Origin: Candidatus Saccharimonadota bacterium
GTDB taxonomy: Bacteria > Patescibacteriota > Saccharimonadia > Saccharimonadales > Saccharimonadaceae
Length of the DNA: 32,000 nt
Reading direction: 5' to 3'
Assembly: GCA_001029695.1 (NCBI GenBank)
Contig: CP011211.1
Span: 540,001-572,000, forward strand
This document shows positions 23,615-31,755 of this stretch, piece by piece. Below the pieces are notes generated by a model. That model searched no databases and was not told the DNA's origin. It saw nothing but the letters and a program-made list of their open reading frames with translations. Made by a program: the position numbers and the translations under genes. Within the stretch, counting starts at the first letter, position 1. Each line of letters opens with the position of its first letter.

Positions 23615-24685
23615 ATGACGCGATTAACTACCGATCTAGAGGATAAGACTCTTGCAGTCAATAAAATTCTTGACGAGTATTTCAGTCACCAGATTGATGA
23701 AGCAGCTTCTATTAGTGATTCATATAGAAAACTCTGGATAGCACTCCATACGCTTATCCAAGCAGGAGGCAAGCGTGTTCGTCCTCAACTGACATTACTT
23801 GCTTATGAGGCTTTTGGAGGATTGAATTCTGAAAAAATCATCCCTATCGCTGCAGCCCAAGAGCTACTCCACTTTAGTCTTCTCATTCACGACGACATCA
23901 TAGATCGAGATTATATTCGCTATGGTGTTCCGAATGTCTCCGGACAATATCAAGACTATTATCAATCGTTTGTTAAAAACAAAACTGAGCTCACTCATTA
24001 TGCTAATAGCGCAGCACTACTAGGGGGTGATCTTATGCTCTCGAGTGCATACAAACTCATAACATCCTCTAGCGTGTCAGACAAAGATAAAATTACCGCA
24101 CAATCACTACTCAATCAAAGTATCTTTGAGGTAGCTGCTGGCGAATTACTCGACACGGAAGCCGTCTTTATGCCGCTGCGTAGTGGAGATACGATTAAAA
24201 TTGCACGCTATAAGACCGCGAGTTATTCTTTTATCGTTCCACTCCTTACTGGCGCACACCTTGGGGATGCCTCAGAGAAACAACTCCATCTACTGCAGTC
24301 ATTCGCAAGTTCACTTGGCATTGCTTATCAACTAGTAGATGATCTGCTCGGTGTATTTGGAGATGAAAAGATAACAGGTAAATCAACATCAAGTGATCTC
24401 ACTGAAGGAAAACATACGTACATGATTGAATTTTGCCTCGAAAACCTTACGCCTAGCAAGCGAAAAGTTTTCGATGCGGCATTTGGCAAGCCAGACGCGA
24501 GCCCTGTTATGATCATGCAATTAAAAGACATCATCGCGTCATCTGGCGCCAGAGATCATACAGAAAAAGCAATTTTAGAATACGCACATACCGCACGAAC
24601 CGCCCTACAGTCCCTCAATCTCACCCCTACCGACACCTCGTCTTTTGAGCAATTCATTATAAAAGTTACTGATCGGTCGTACTGA
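23615..24685 (+). CDS. crtE: polyprenyl (geranylgeranyl) diphosphate synthase, CrtE/IdsA-like
   Basis: First Asp-rich motif LLIHDDIIDRD and second motif VDDLLGVFGDEKITGK. It is the first gene of the crt operon. Confidence 0.88.
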   Translation: MTRLTTDLEDKTLAVNKILDEYFSHQIDEAASISDSYRKLWIALHTLIQAGGKRVRPQLTLLAYEAFGGLNSEKIIPIAAAQELLHFSLLIHDDIIDRDYIRYGVPNVSGQYQDYYQSFVKNKTELTHYANSAALLGGDLMLSSAYKLITSSSVSDKDKITAQSLLNQSIFEVAAGELLDTEAVFMPLRSGDTIKIARYKTASYSFIVPLLTGAHLGDASEKQLHLLQSFASSLGIAYQLVDDLLGVFGDEKITGKSTSSDLTEGKHTYMIEFCLENLTPSKRKVFDAAFGKPDASPVMIMQLKDIIASSGARDHTEKAILEYAHTARTALQSLNLTPTDTSSFEQFIIKVTDRSY

Positions 24686-25515
24686 TGGAGCTGTATACTT
24701 CTGTTTCGTATGACTTGAGCAAACGACTCACCCTTAGTTATTCCAGCTCATTTGGCATCAGTAGTCGATTATTTGCCCCAGAACTAAAACTGCATATATA
24801 TGCAGTATATGGACTTGTTCGAATAGCTGATGAAATTGTCGACACGTATCGCGGAGAAGATGCACGTGAACAGCTCGATGCGTTTGAAAAAGATACTCTT
24901 GCTGCTATTGAAACAGGATACAGTACAAATCCAATAATACATGCGTTTGCCCAGACAGCTCGTAAATACACGATTACTATAGAGCTGCTACAACCCTTCT
25001 TTGCAAGTATGCGGATTGATCTCTCTCCTGCCACATATAGGGATGAGGATTATCAAAGCTATATTCATGGCTCAGCTGAAGTGGTTGGTCTTATGTGCCT
25101 CAAAGTTTTCTGTGAAGGCGACGAGCGTATGTACACAACGCTAGCCCCTGGTGCCACGGCACTCGGTGCAGCCTATCAGAAAGTGAATTTTCTACGCGAT
25201 ATCGCAAGTGACTATACCGAGCTTGGACGTATGTATTTTCCCGGAATCACCTTCGATATGTTTGATGAGCGCGAAAAGGCGTTAATTGTTGCAGATATCA
25301 AAGCTGACTTTAACACTGCAAATTTAGCCATCCGCAAGCTACCCGCCTCCTGTCAAACAGCCGTTCGAGTAAGCTACACTTACTACACCGAGCTTTTAAA
25401 GAAGCTCGATGAAACTCCTGTCAGTACGCTCAAAGAAAGACGTATTCGGATTTCTACACCACGAAAACTATGGCTACTTGTGAAAACCGTTCTCACCCAA
25501 AGGATACGATCATGA
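24685..25515 (+). CDS. crtB: phytoene synthase
   Basis: YGLVRIADEIVD and YQKVNFLRDIASD Asp-rich motifs. TGATG overlap with crtE. Confidence 0.9.
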   Translation: MELYTSVSYDLSKRLTLSYSSSFGISSRLFAPELKLHIYAVYGLVRIADEIVDTYRGEDAREQLDAFEKDTLAAIETGYSTNPIIHAFAQTARKYTITIELLQPFFASMRIDLSPATYRDEDYQSYIHGSAEVVGLMCLKVFCEGDERMYTTLAPGATALGAAYQKVNFLRDIASDYTELGRMYFPGITFDMFDEREKALIVADIKADFNTANLAIRKLPASCQTAVRVSYTYYTELLKKLDETPVSTLKERRIRISTPRKLWLLVKTVLTQRIRS

Positions 25516-27047
25516 CAAAAGTTATTATAATTGGCGCTGGTATCGGAGGTATTGCCACTGCAAATCTTCTCGCGAAGGCTGGCTATAGCGTTTCTGTTTA
25601 TGAAAAAAATAGCGACGTTGGTGGACGTGCAGGCATCCTTACTGTTGATGATTTCCGTTTTGACACAGGGCCTTCATGGTATCTCATGCCAGAAGTATTT
25701 GAGCATTACTTTTCACTACTTGATAAAGATGTCACTAAAGAACTCGACCTTGTCCGACTTTCGCCCGCCTATAAAGTATTCTTCGAGACGAAGCCGCCGC
25801 TGACCATTTTGAGCGACATTGAGCAGGATGCTGCAACATTCGAAATGATTGAAGCTGGGGCGGGAGCTGCACTCCAGCGATACGTCAAAGACGGAGAAAT
25901 GGTTTACAGACTATCCTTGAAGCACTTCTTGTACAGTAACTTTAGCTCACCCTTCGACTTCTTAAAGCGAGATATTATAACCAGATCATTAACACTGCTT
26001 CGTCGCGCATTTACACCGATAGATGCGTATGTCAGTAATTTCGTCCGTGATCAGCGCCTAAAGCAAATCCTTGAGTATCCAATGGTCTTCCTCGGCACCT
26101 CCCCTTTTGAGGCGCCTGCGATATATAGTCTTATGAGTGCACTTGATTTTAAGGAAGGGGTCTTTTATCCAAAAGGAGGCATGTATACTATCATCGAGCG
26201 GCTCTATGCAGCGAGTAGGGATCTCGGCGTCACCTACTACCTTAATTCACCGGTTGAGAGCATCAATACAAAAAACAGGGCAGTCACTGGTATCACTCTT
26301 CAAAATGGTCAAACAGTAGCTGCAGATATTGTCATTTCAAATGCAGACCTTCACCACACTGAAACCTCCCTACTCTCAGTCGAAGATCAGTCATACCCGG
26401 CGACGTACTGGGATAAACAAAAAGCAGGTCCAAGCGCACTTCTACTCTACCTTGGCGTTAAAGGTACATTACCAAATCTTGAACACCATAACCTTATATT
26501 TGTCGATGAATGGAAAAAGAACTTTACTGATATCTACACAGACAAGATTACGCCCACTCCTGCATCAATGTATGTATGCAAACCAAGTACATCCGATAGC
26601 ACTGTCGCACCCGAAGGTCATGAAAATATTTTCATACTTGTACCACTGCCTCCTGATGCATCAATTGAGGTGTCGGCAATTGAACATCTTGCAGACATGT
26701 ATATCGAACAGTTTAGCCGTATGACTGGAATTGCAGATTTTTCTGAGCGTATCGTCTCACGACATTTATTCGGCCCTGATGACTTCCGTACCAAATTTCA
26801 TGCCTGGCAAGCTACAGCGCTTGGCCCCTCCCATATCCTCAAACAAAGTGCATTATTTCGCACACCAAATAAAAGTCGGAAGATTACTAACCTCTACTAT
26901 GTCGGCGGCTCGACAACACCGGGTATCGGTTTGCCGATGTGTCTTATCGGAGCTGAGCTTATATATAAGCGCCTGGCTGGCGATAAGAAGGGTGGTCCAG
27001 TACACATGGTAGAGCGGCTTGTTCCCACGAAAGAAAATACACTATGA
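25512..27047 (+). CDS. crtI: phytoene desaturase
   Basis: N-terminal VIIIGAGIGGIATANLLAKAGYSVSVYEKNSDVGGRAG and C-terminal YYVGGSTTPGIGLPMCLIGAEL. The ATG at 25512 forms an ATGA overlap with the crtB stop. Confidence 0.92.
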   Translation: MTKVIIIGAGIGGIATANLLAKAGYSVSVYEKNSDVGGRAGILTVDDFRFDTGPSWYLMPEVFEHYFSLLDKDVTKELDLVRLSPAYKVFFETKPPLTILSDIEQDAATFEMIEAGAGAALQRYVKDGEMVYRLSLKHFLYSNFSSPFDFLKRDIITRSLTLLRRAFTPIDAYVSNFVRDQRLKQILEYPMVFLGTSPFEAPAIYSLMSALDFKEGVFYPKGGMYTIIERLYAASRDLGVTYYLNSPVESINTKNRAVTGITLQNGQTVAADIVISNADLHHTETSLLSVEDQSYPATYWDKQKAGPSALLLYLGVKGTLPNLEHHNLIFVDEWKKNFTDIYTDKITPTPASMYVCKPSTSDSTVAPEGHENIFILVPLPPDASIEVSAIEHLADMYIEQFSRMTGIADFSERIVSRHLFGPDDFRTKFHAWQATALGPSHILKQSALFRTPNKSRKITNLYYVGGSTTPGIGLPMCLIGAELIYKRLAGDKKGGPVHMVERLVPTKENTL

Positions 27048-27352
27048 TAGAGCAGTGGTATTACCTATTTACCCTCGTACTCTCGATCAGCGGTCTACTT
27101 ATTATCGACTCACGTTACAGGCTTGCCTTTTGGTATGACAAAAAGCGAGCTACGACAACGATTGGCATTACAATGCTTGTCTTTATCATCTGGGATATAT
27201 TAGGTATTGCGTTTGGGATCTTCCACCATGGGGGTAGTCTCTACACGCTACCGATACGACTACTGCCAGAATTCCCACTTGAAGAGCTCTTTTTCCTTTT
27301 CCTTCTATGTTACGTAACATTACTACTTTATACAGGGAGCAAACGATTATGA
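27044..27352 (+). CDS. crtYe: lycopene-cyclase-domain protein, small subunit 1 (CrtYe/CrtYc-like)
   Basis: 102 aa, 3 TM helices, PLEE (PxEE) motif. ATGA overlap with crtI. Confidence 0.8.
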   Translation: MIEQWYYLFTLVLSISGLLIIDSRYRLAFWYDKKRATTTIGITMLVFIIWDILGIAFGIFHHGGSLYTLPIRLLPEFPLEELFFLFLLCYVTLLLYTGSKRL

Positions 27353-27639
27353 CCACGTACCTAATACTCAACCTAGCCTTTCTAGTGATAGCAGGGATTA
27401 TGCTTCATAGGCATCTCAAAAAACCTTCTCACTCATGGATTTTGATGCTGCTTATTCTTCTACTGCTCACTGCTATTTTTGACTCAATGATTATTGCCGC
27501 TGGTATCGTTGGGTACGACCAAGGAAAGCTCTTAGGGGTATACATTGGACGTGCACCAATTGAAGATTTTTTCTATGCACTACTCGCTGCAGTAGTAGTT
27601 CCTGCGCTATGGAATAGCTCTAAAAAGGAGAATGTATGA
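27349..27639 (+). CDS. crtYf: lycopene-cyclase-domain protein, small subunit 2 (CrtYf/CrtYd-like)
   Basis: 96 aa, 3 TM helices, PIED (PxED) motif. ATGA overlaps on both sides. Confidence 0.8.
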   Translation: MTTYLILNLAFLVIAGIMLHRHLKKPSHSWILMLLILLLLTAIFDSMIIAAGIVGYDQGKLLGVYIGRAPIEDFFYALLAAVVVPALWNSSKKENV

Positions 27640-28490
27640 TACGCGCACTCAAAAAACTTTTCCTCATCTCACGACCAATCTCATGGCCAAACACGGCATT
27701 TCCTTTTGCGGCTGGCTACTTAATCTCCGGCGGGTCAGTCGACACGCTCTTTATTGTCGCAACATTTTATTTTCTCATACCCTATAACTTACTTATGTAT
27801 GGCATCAATGATGTTTTTGACTACGAATCGGACATGCAAAACCCACGAAAAGGAGGCATAGAAGGGGCACGCGAACAAAAAGCATTTCATCCAGTCATCA
27901 TATGGGCGGCAGTCACATCAAACATACCATTTGTTTGCTATATGCTCCTAGCGGGCACGTATGTATCGGGAGCCATTCTTTTGCTTACTATCTTTTTTGT
28001 GATAGCGTATTCAGTCGCAAAGTTACGATTCAAAGAAATTCCGATTCTCGACTCAGCAACAAGTAGTATACATTTTGTCGGACCACTCATATTTGCACTC
28101 AGCTTGTTTGGGTTTTCGATCGAACAATTACCGTATGTGCTAGCATTTTTCCTATGGGGGATGGCTAGTCACGCCTTCGGAGCGATTCAGGATATTATAC
28201 CTGACCGTGAAGGGAAAATCTCTTCAATTGCAACCGTATTTGGAGCTAGAAGAACTGTTTGGTTCGTTTTTATATTATATGCAATCAGTACCGTACTTAT
28301 CGCGAGTCAAGGAGTTCCAGGGCTAGTAGTTGGCTGCACGGGCATTCTTTATATGATAAACGTACTCCCTTATCTTTCTATAGACGATACGACTTCATCA
28401 CGCGTGAATACGGCGTGGCGTCGATTTATCTGGCTAAACCTCTTTACAGGCTTCGTTATCACTATGACGCTTATATATGTCAGTGTATAG
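27636..28490 (+). CDS. crtEb: UbiA-family prenyltransferase, lycopene elongase (CrtEb-like)
   Basis: SRPISWPNTAFPF, MYGINDVFDYESDMQNPRKGGIEGA, KLRFKE and FFLWGMASHAFGAIQDIIPDRE motifs. It is the last gene of the operon. Confidence 0.8.
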   Translation: MIRALKKLFLISRPISWPNTAFPFAAGYLISGGSVDTLFIVATFYFLIPYNLLMYGINDVFDYESDMQNPRKGGIEGAREQKAFHPVIIWAAVTSNIPFVCYMLLAGTYVSGAILLLTIFFVIAYSVAKLRFKEIPILDSATSSIHFVGPLIFALSLFGFSIEQLPYVLAFFLWGMASHAFGAIQDIIPDREGKISSIATVFGARRTVWFVFILYAISTVLIASQGVPGLVVGCTGILYMINVLPYLSIDDTTSSRVNTAWRRFIWLNLFTGFVITMTLIYVSV

Positions 28491-28523
28491 AACTACACAA
28501 GACTTCACACCTACAGATGCACT

Positions 28524-28946
28524 CTACTGAACTGGTCCGATATCAATCATCCACTCCACGCCAAATTTATCTGTAAGCATACCAAATGTATCGCCCCATG
28601 GAGCTTTTTCGAGCGGTACAGTGACTTTACCACCTGCAGCCAGCTTCTCCCAGTAACTACGAAGAAGCGGCTCATCATCACCATTGAGCGTCAAAGATAC
28701 CCTTGATCCAGTTTGAAACTCTATGCCCTTTGGAGTATCTGCCGCCATGACTTCTACGCCATTCTCGCCCTTTAGGTAGGCATGCATGATTTTTTCCTTG
28801 TCACCCTCATCAACAGGCATACCCGAGTCTTGCATACTCCCAAACGTATCCATATAGACTTCGCCACCAAAAACTGATTTATAAAATTCAATGGCCTCGC
28901 GAGCGTTGTCTTGAAACGATATGTAGCTATTTAATTTTACTGTCAT
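28524..28946 (-). CDS. VOC-fold protein, PhnB/YjdN-like
   Basis: NAREAIEFYKSVFGGEV and APWGDTFGMLTDKFGVEWMI motifs. AGGAGG lies upstream. Confidence 0.8.
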   Translation of the reverse strand: MTVKLNSYISFQDNAREAIEFYKSVFGGEVYMDTFGSMQDSGMPVDEGDKEKIMHAYLKGENGVEVMAADTPKGIEFQTGSRVSLTLNGDDEPLLRSYWEKLAAGGKVTVPLEKAPWGDTFGMLTDKFGVEWMIDIGPVQ

Positions 28947-28970
28947 ACAATCCTCCTATCGATAGTTGTT

Positions 28971-29423
28971 TTAGAAATCTGCGATGACAAGCTTCTTCAT
29001 CTGCATCATATTTTTAAAGGCATCGGCACTTTTCATAAGTTCGTCCATATTCTCAGGAACAACCTGCCAGCTCAATCCGTATTGATCCTTGCACCAGCCG
29101 CATTGTTCTGCCTCTGATACTTTGGAAAGTTTACTCCAAAAGTAGTCGATCTCTTCTTGGTCTTTACAAGAAATTAAGAACGAAATAGCTTCACTAAACT
29201 TAAACTCAGGACCAGTATTTATAGCAGTGAACCGCTGTGATGCTAGTTCAAATTCTATGGTTAACTCTTTGCCTGCAAGAGATTGCTGAAAATCCATCAG
29301 ACCTTCCGTCGGGTAATACGCGGTGGATACGACCTTACTGTCCGGAAATACCGATACATAAAAATCTACAGCTTCTTTGGCATTTCCATCAAACCATAGA
29401 TTCGGTGTAATTTTTTGCAACAT
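28971..29423 (-). CDS. VOC-fold protein (3-demethylubiquinone-9 3-methyltransferase-domain type)
   Basis: ITPNLWFDGNAKEAVDFYVSVFPDSKV and CGWCKDQYGLSWQVVP motifs. AAGGAGG lies upstream. Confidence 0.8.
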   Translation of the reverse strand: MLQKITPNLWFDGNAKEAVDFYVSVFPDSKVVSTAYYPTEGLMDFQQSLAGKELTIEFELASQRFTAINTGPEFKFSEAISFLISCKDQEEIDYFWSKLSKVSEAEQCGWCKDQYGLSWQVVPENMDELMKSADAFKNMMQMKKLVIADF

Positions 29424-29461
29424 AATACCCTCCTTTTACCTTAGTTAAATCTTCTTCTCTA

Positions 29462-29872
29462 TCAAGCAACAAAGTCAGCATTCATCCACATAGGCTCCCA
29501 CGTATGGCCGTCTGGGTCTTCAACCTCATAGCTAAACATCATACCCGAATCAATCCCCATGTCTACGCGATAGTAGTCTCCGCCATTTTCCTTGGCAACA
29601 TCGGCAAACTTCTGCACATCCTCTTTCGAGTCAAGACTAAGAGCAAGCAATACACCACTTGTCCGAGCAGTATCTGCAACCTCTTTTTCACCTATAAATT
29701 TCTTATAAAAATCATGCTTTAAAAGCATGACAACAATATTGTTTGACCACATCATACTACTTGCGTTTGAATCGGAAAACATTGCATTTTTAGTAAAACC
29801 CAGTGCTTCATAAAATCCAGTGGATTTCTTTAAATCACTCACCGGTAAATTAACATAAATTTGTTTACTCAT
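29462..29872 (-). CDS. VOC family glyoxalase/bleomycin-resistance-fold protein
   Basis: IYVNLPVSDLKKSTGFYEALGF and VEDPDGHTWE motifs. GGAGGTG lies upstream. Confidence 0.8.
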   Translation of the reverse strand: MSKQIYVNLPVSDLKKSTGFYEALGFTKNAMFSDSNASSMMWSNNIVVMLLKHDFYKKFIGEKEVADTARTSGVLLALSLDSKEDVQKFADVAKENGGDYYRVDMGIDSGMMFSYEVEDPDGHTWEPMWMNADFVA

Positions 29873-29964
29873 TACACACCTCCCCGCTTATATACCCCTA
29901 CAACTCTATTATCCCACTCACAATACACCATAGCAAACAATCCTGATGAAAAAAATCGTTTAAT

Positions 29965-30588
29965 CTACGTGGAGCGGATTTCTTGCGCCGTAAGCCTGGT
30001 ATTAAACAGTGACGTATCGGGTTGGAATCTCCGGCCATTCGATAGCACCCCCAAATCTACAGCATCAAATCCCATATCGTTAATAAGTAACTCGACTTTA
30101 GCCTTAGCATCCGCGTCATTACCTGCAAGCGCAATCGCTCTTCGGCCAGGACTAGCCTCCGGAAGACTATGTTGCTCTAGCTCGTTATACGCCACATGAT
30201 TCAAGGTCTTTACTATCCTTGCGCCAGGTAGGTATTGCTCGATATATTCGCTTGAAGTGACTTCTTGGTTCATGAACTCAGGGATCTCACCTTCTGTTGG
30301 TGGCCAGTAATTCATCGCGTCTATAACTATCTTTCCCTTCAATAACTGAACGGGGAGTGACTTGTATTGATTGAGTGGCAATGCGAGCACGATACTATCG
30401 CTCTGAAGAATCGCCTCATCTACCGTTGTAGCAATCACGCCAGGAAGTAGCACTTTGACAATCAACGACAAGCTCTCTGGTCCACGAGAGTTTGCGAGGC
30501 GCACCACATACCCTGCCGCTGACGCTTGTCTTGCAATTGCCGTTCCTAAACGTCCCGATCCTATAATACCTAGTGATGGCTTACTCAC
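29965..30588 (-). CDS. NADP-binding oxidoreductase of the NADPH-dependent F420 reductase (Npd, COG2085) family
   Basis: LGIIGSGRLGTAIARQ Rossmann motif, about 207 aa. GTG start overlaps the LLM gene by 8 nt, with GGGAGG 9 nt upstream. Confidence 0.75.
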   Translation of the reverse strand: MSKPSLGIIGSGRLGTAIARQASAAGYVVRLANSRGPESLSLIVKVLLPGVIATTVDEAILQSDSIVLALPLNQYKSLPVQLLKGKIVIDAMNYWPPTEGEIPEFMNQEVTSSEYIEQYLPGARIVKTLNHVAYNELEQHSLPEASPGRRAIALAGNDADAKAKVELLINDMGFDAVDLGVLSNGRRFQPDTSLFNTRLTAQEIRST

Positions 30589-31621
30589 TTTTCAAGGCCT
30601 CCCTCACCATCGGAGCAACTTTCGTACCGAGCAGCTCGATAGACCTGAGGAATTTATCGTGCGGAAGCTGACCGGTGTCCATCTGAAAGATATGGCGACT
30701 ATGACCAATCTTTTTATGTAGAGCAATGATACGTTCAGTAATCTCCTCAGGGCTTCCCGCAAATAATGCTCCGTCAACATTTGACTCGCTATCGTAATGC
30801 TGGCGTGTGGGTGCGGCAAATCCACGAACCCTACCTAGTGTTGTCATCGTCCAACTCCACGACTTCCAGAACGTGTCTTTTGCATCTTTTGCGTCCTCTG
30901 CGATATAGCCTGGTGTCGCAATTGCAACTCGAGTATCTGCATGCGACACATCATACTGACGTGACGCCTCCCGATAAAGATCAATTAGTGGGGCAAACCG
31001 TGAAACATGGCCACCAATAATCGCATACGTAATTGGCATACCAAGCGAAGCTGCTCGAATAGATGATTCCGGATTTCCTCCGGTAGCCAGCCAGATGTCC
31101 ATAGGTTTTTTAGGACGTGGGACAATTTCTATATCATTAAGCGCTGGACGAAACTGCCCATCCCACGTCACCTTACCGTCTTTGCTTGCGTTAATTTGAA
31201 GTAACAACTCAAGCTTTTCAGCATACAAGCGGTCATAGTCTCGAAGATCATATCCAAAAAGCGGAAATGACTCGGTAGATGACCCACGCCCAGCGATGAT
31301 CTCCACCCGATCGCCCGAAACGATATCAGCTGTCGCGAACTGCTGATACACCCGCACTGGATCTTCCGTGCTCAACACCGTTACAGCACTCGTTAATTTT
31401 ATGTTTTTTGTCGTCGCTGCCGCTGCAGCGAGGATTGTCGCCGGTGAAGACGCTGGAAAATATTCAGTATGATGCTCGCCGACCCCAAACACATCCAACC
31501 CCACTTCATCGGCTAACTGGATCGCTTCGAGTAAGTTTGTTACCGACTCGTGCGTCGGACCTAGCTTTCCCACCTTTCTTTGTACATCTCCAAAACTAAA
31601 TACACCTAATTCCATCGTCAT
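30581..31621 (-). CDS. LLM-class (luciferase-like) flavin/F420-dependent oxidoreductase
   Basis: 346 aa. LDVFGVGEHH, TEDPVRVYQQFATADIVSGDRVEIIAGRG and IWLATGGNPES are typical of LLM TIM-barrel proteins. Confidence 0.82.
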   Translation of the reverse strand: MTMELGVFSFGDVQRKVGKLGPTHESVTNLLEAIQLADEVGLDVFGVGEHHTEYFPASSPATILAAAAATTKNIKLTSAVTVLSTEDPVRVYQQFATADIVSGDRVEIIAGRGSSTESFPLFGYDLRDYDRLYAEKLELLLQINASKDGKVTWDGQFRPALNDIEIVPRPKKPMDIWLATGGNPESSIRAASLGMPITYAIIGGHVSRFAPLIDLYREASRQYDVSHADTRVAIATPGYIAEDAKDAKDTFWKSWSWTMTTLGRVRGFAAPTRQHYDSESNVDGALFAGSPEEITERIIALHKKIGHSRHIFQMDTGQLPHDKFLRSIELLGTKVAPMVREALKSE

Positions 31622-31682
31622 CTCTTTTCTATAATTTACTATAATTAGTATAGCAAATATGACGATAAACCTCTACTACACA

Positions 31683-31722
31683 TATAATTACTCCCTAGCG
31701 ACTAAGCTAGGGAGTAATTATA
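31683..31722 (-). terminator. perfect 17-bp hairpin downstream of the partial MFS gene
   Basis: Stem 31683-31699 / 31706-31722 (TATAATTACTCCCTAGC ... GCTAGGGAGTAATTATA), 6-nt loop, AT-rich flanks. Confidence 0.5.
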
Positions 31723-31755
31723 ATTCAGTATTGAGTGTTTACTGAGCCAGAAAGA

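Noticed and set aside
23615-28490. Recent horizontal insertion of the crt operon (looked for compositional shift, flanking repeats, tRNA or integrase)
   Set aside because: Spot GC counts inside and outside are similar. I saw no direct repeats, tRNA gene or mobility gene at either boundary. An ancient transfer cannot be excluded, but no island signature is visible.
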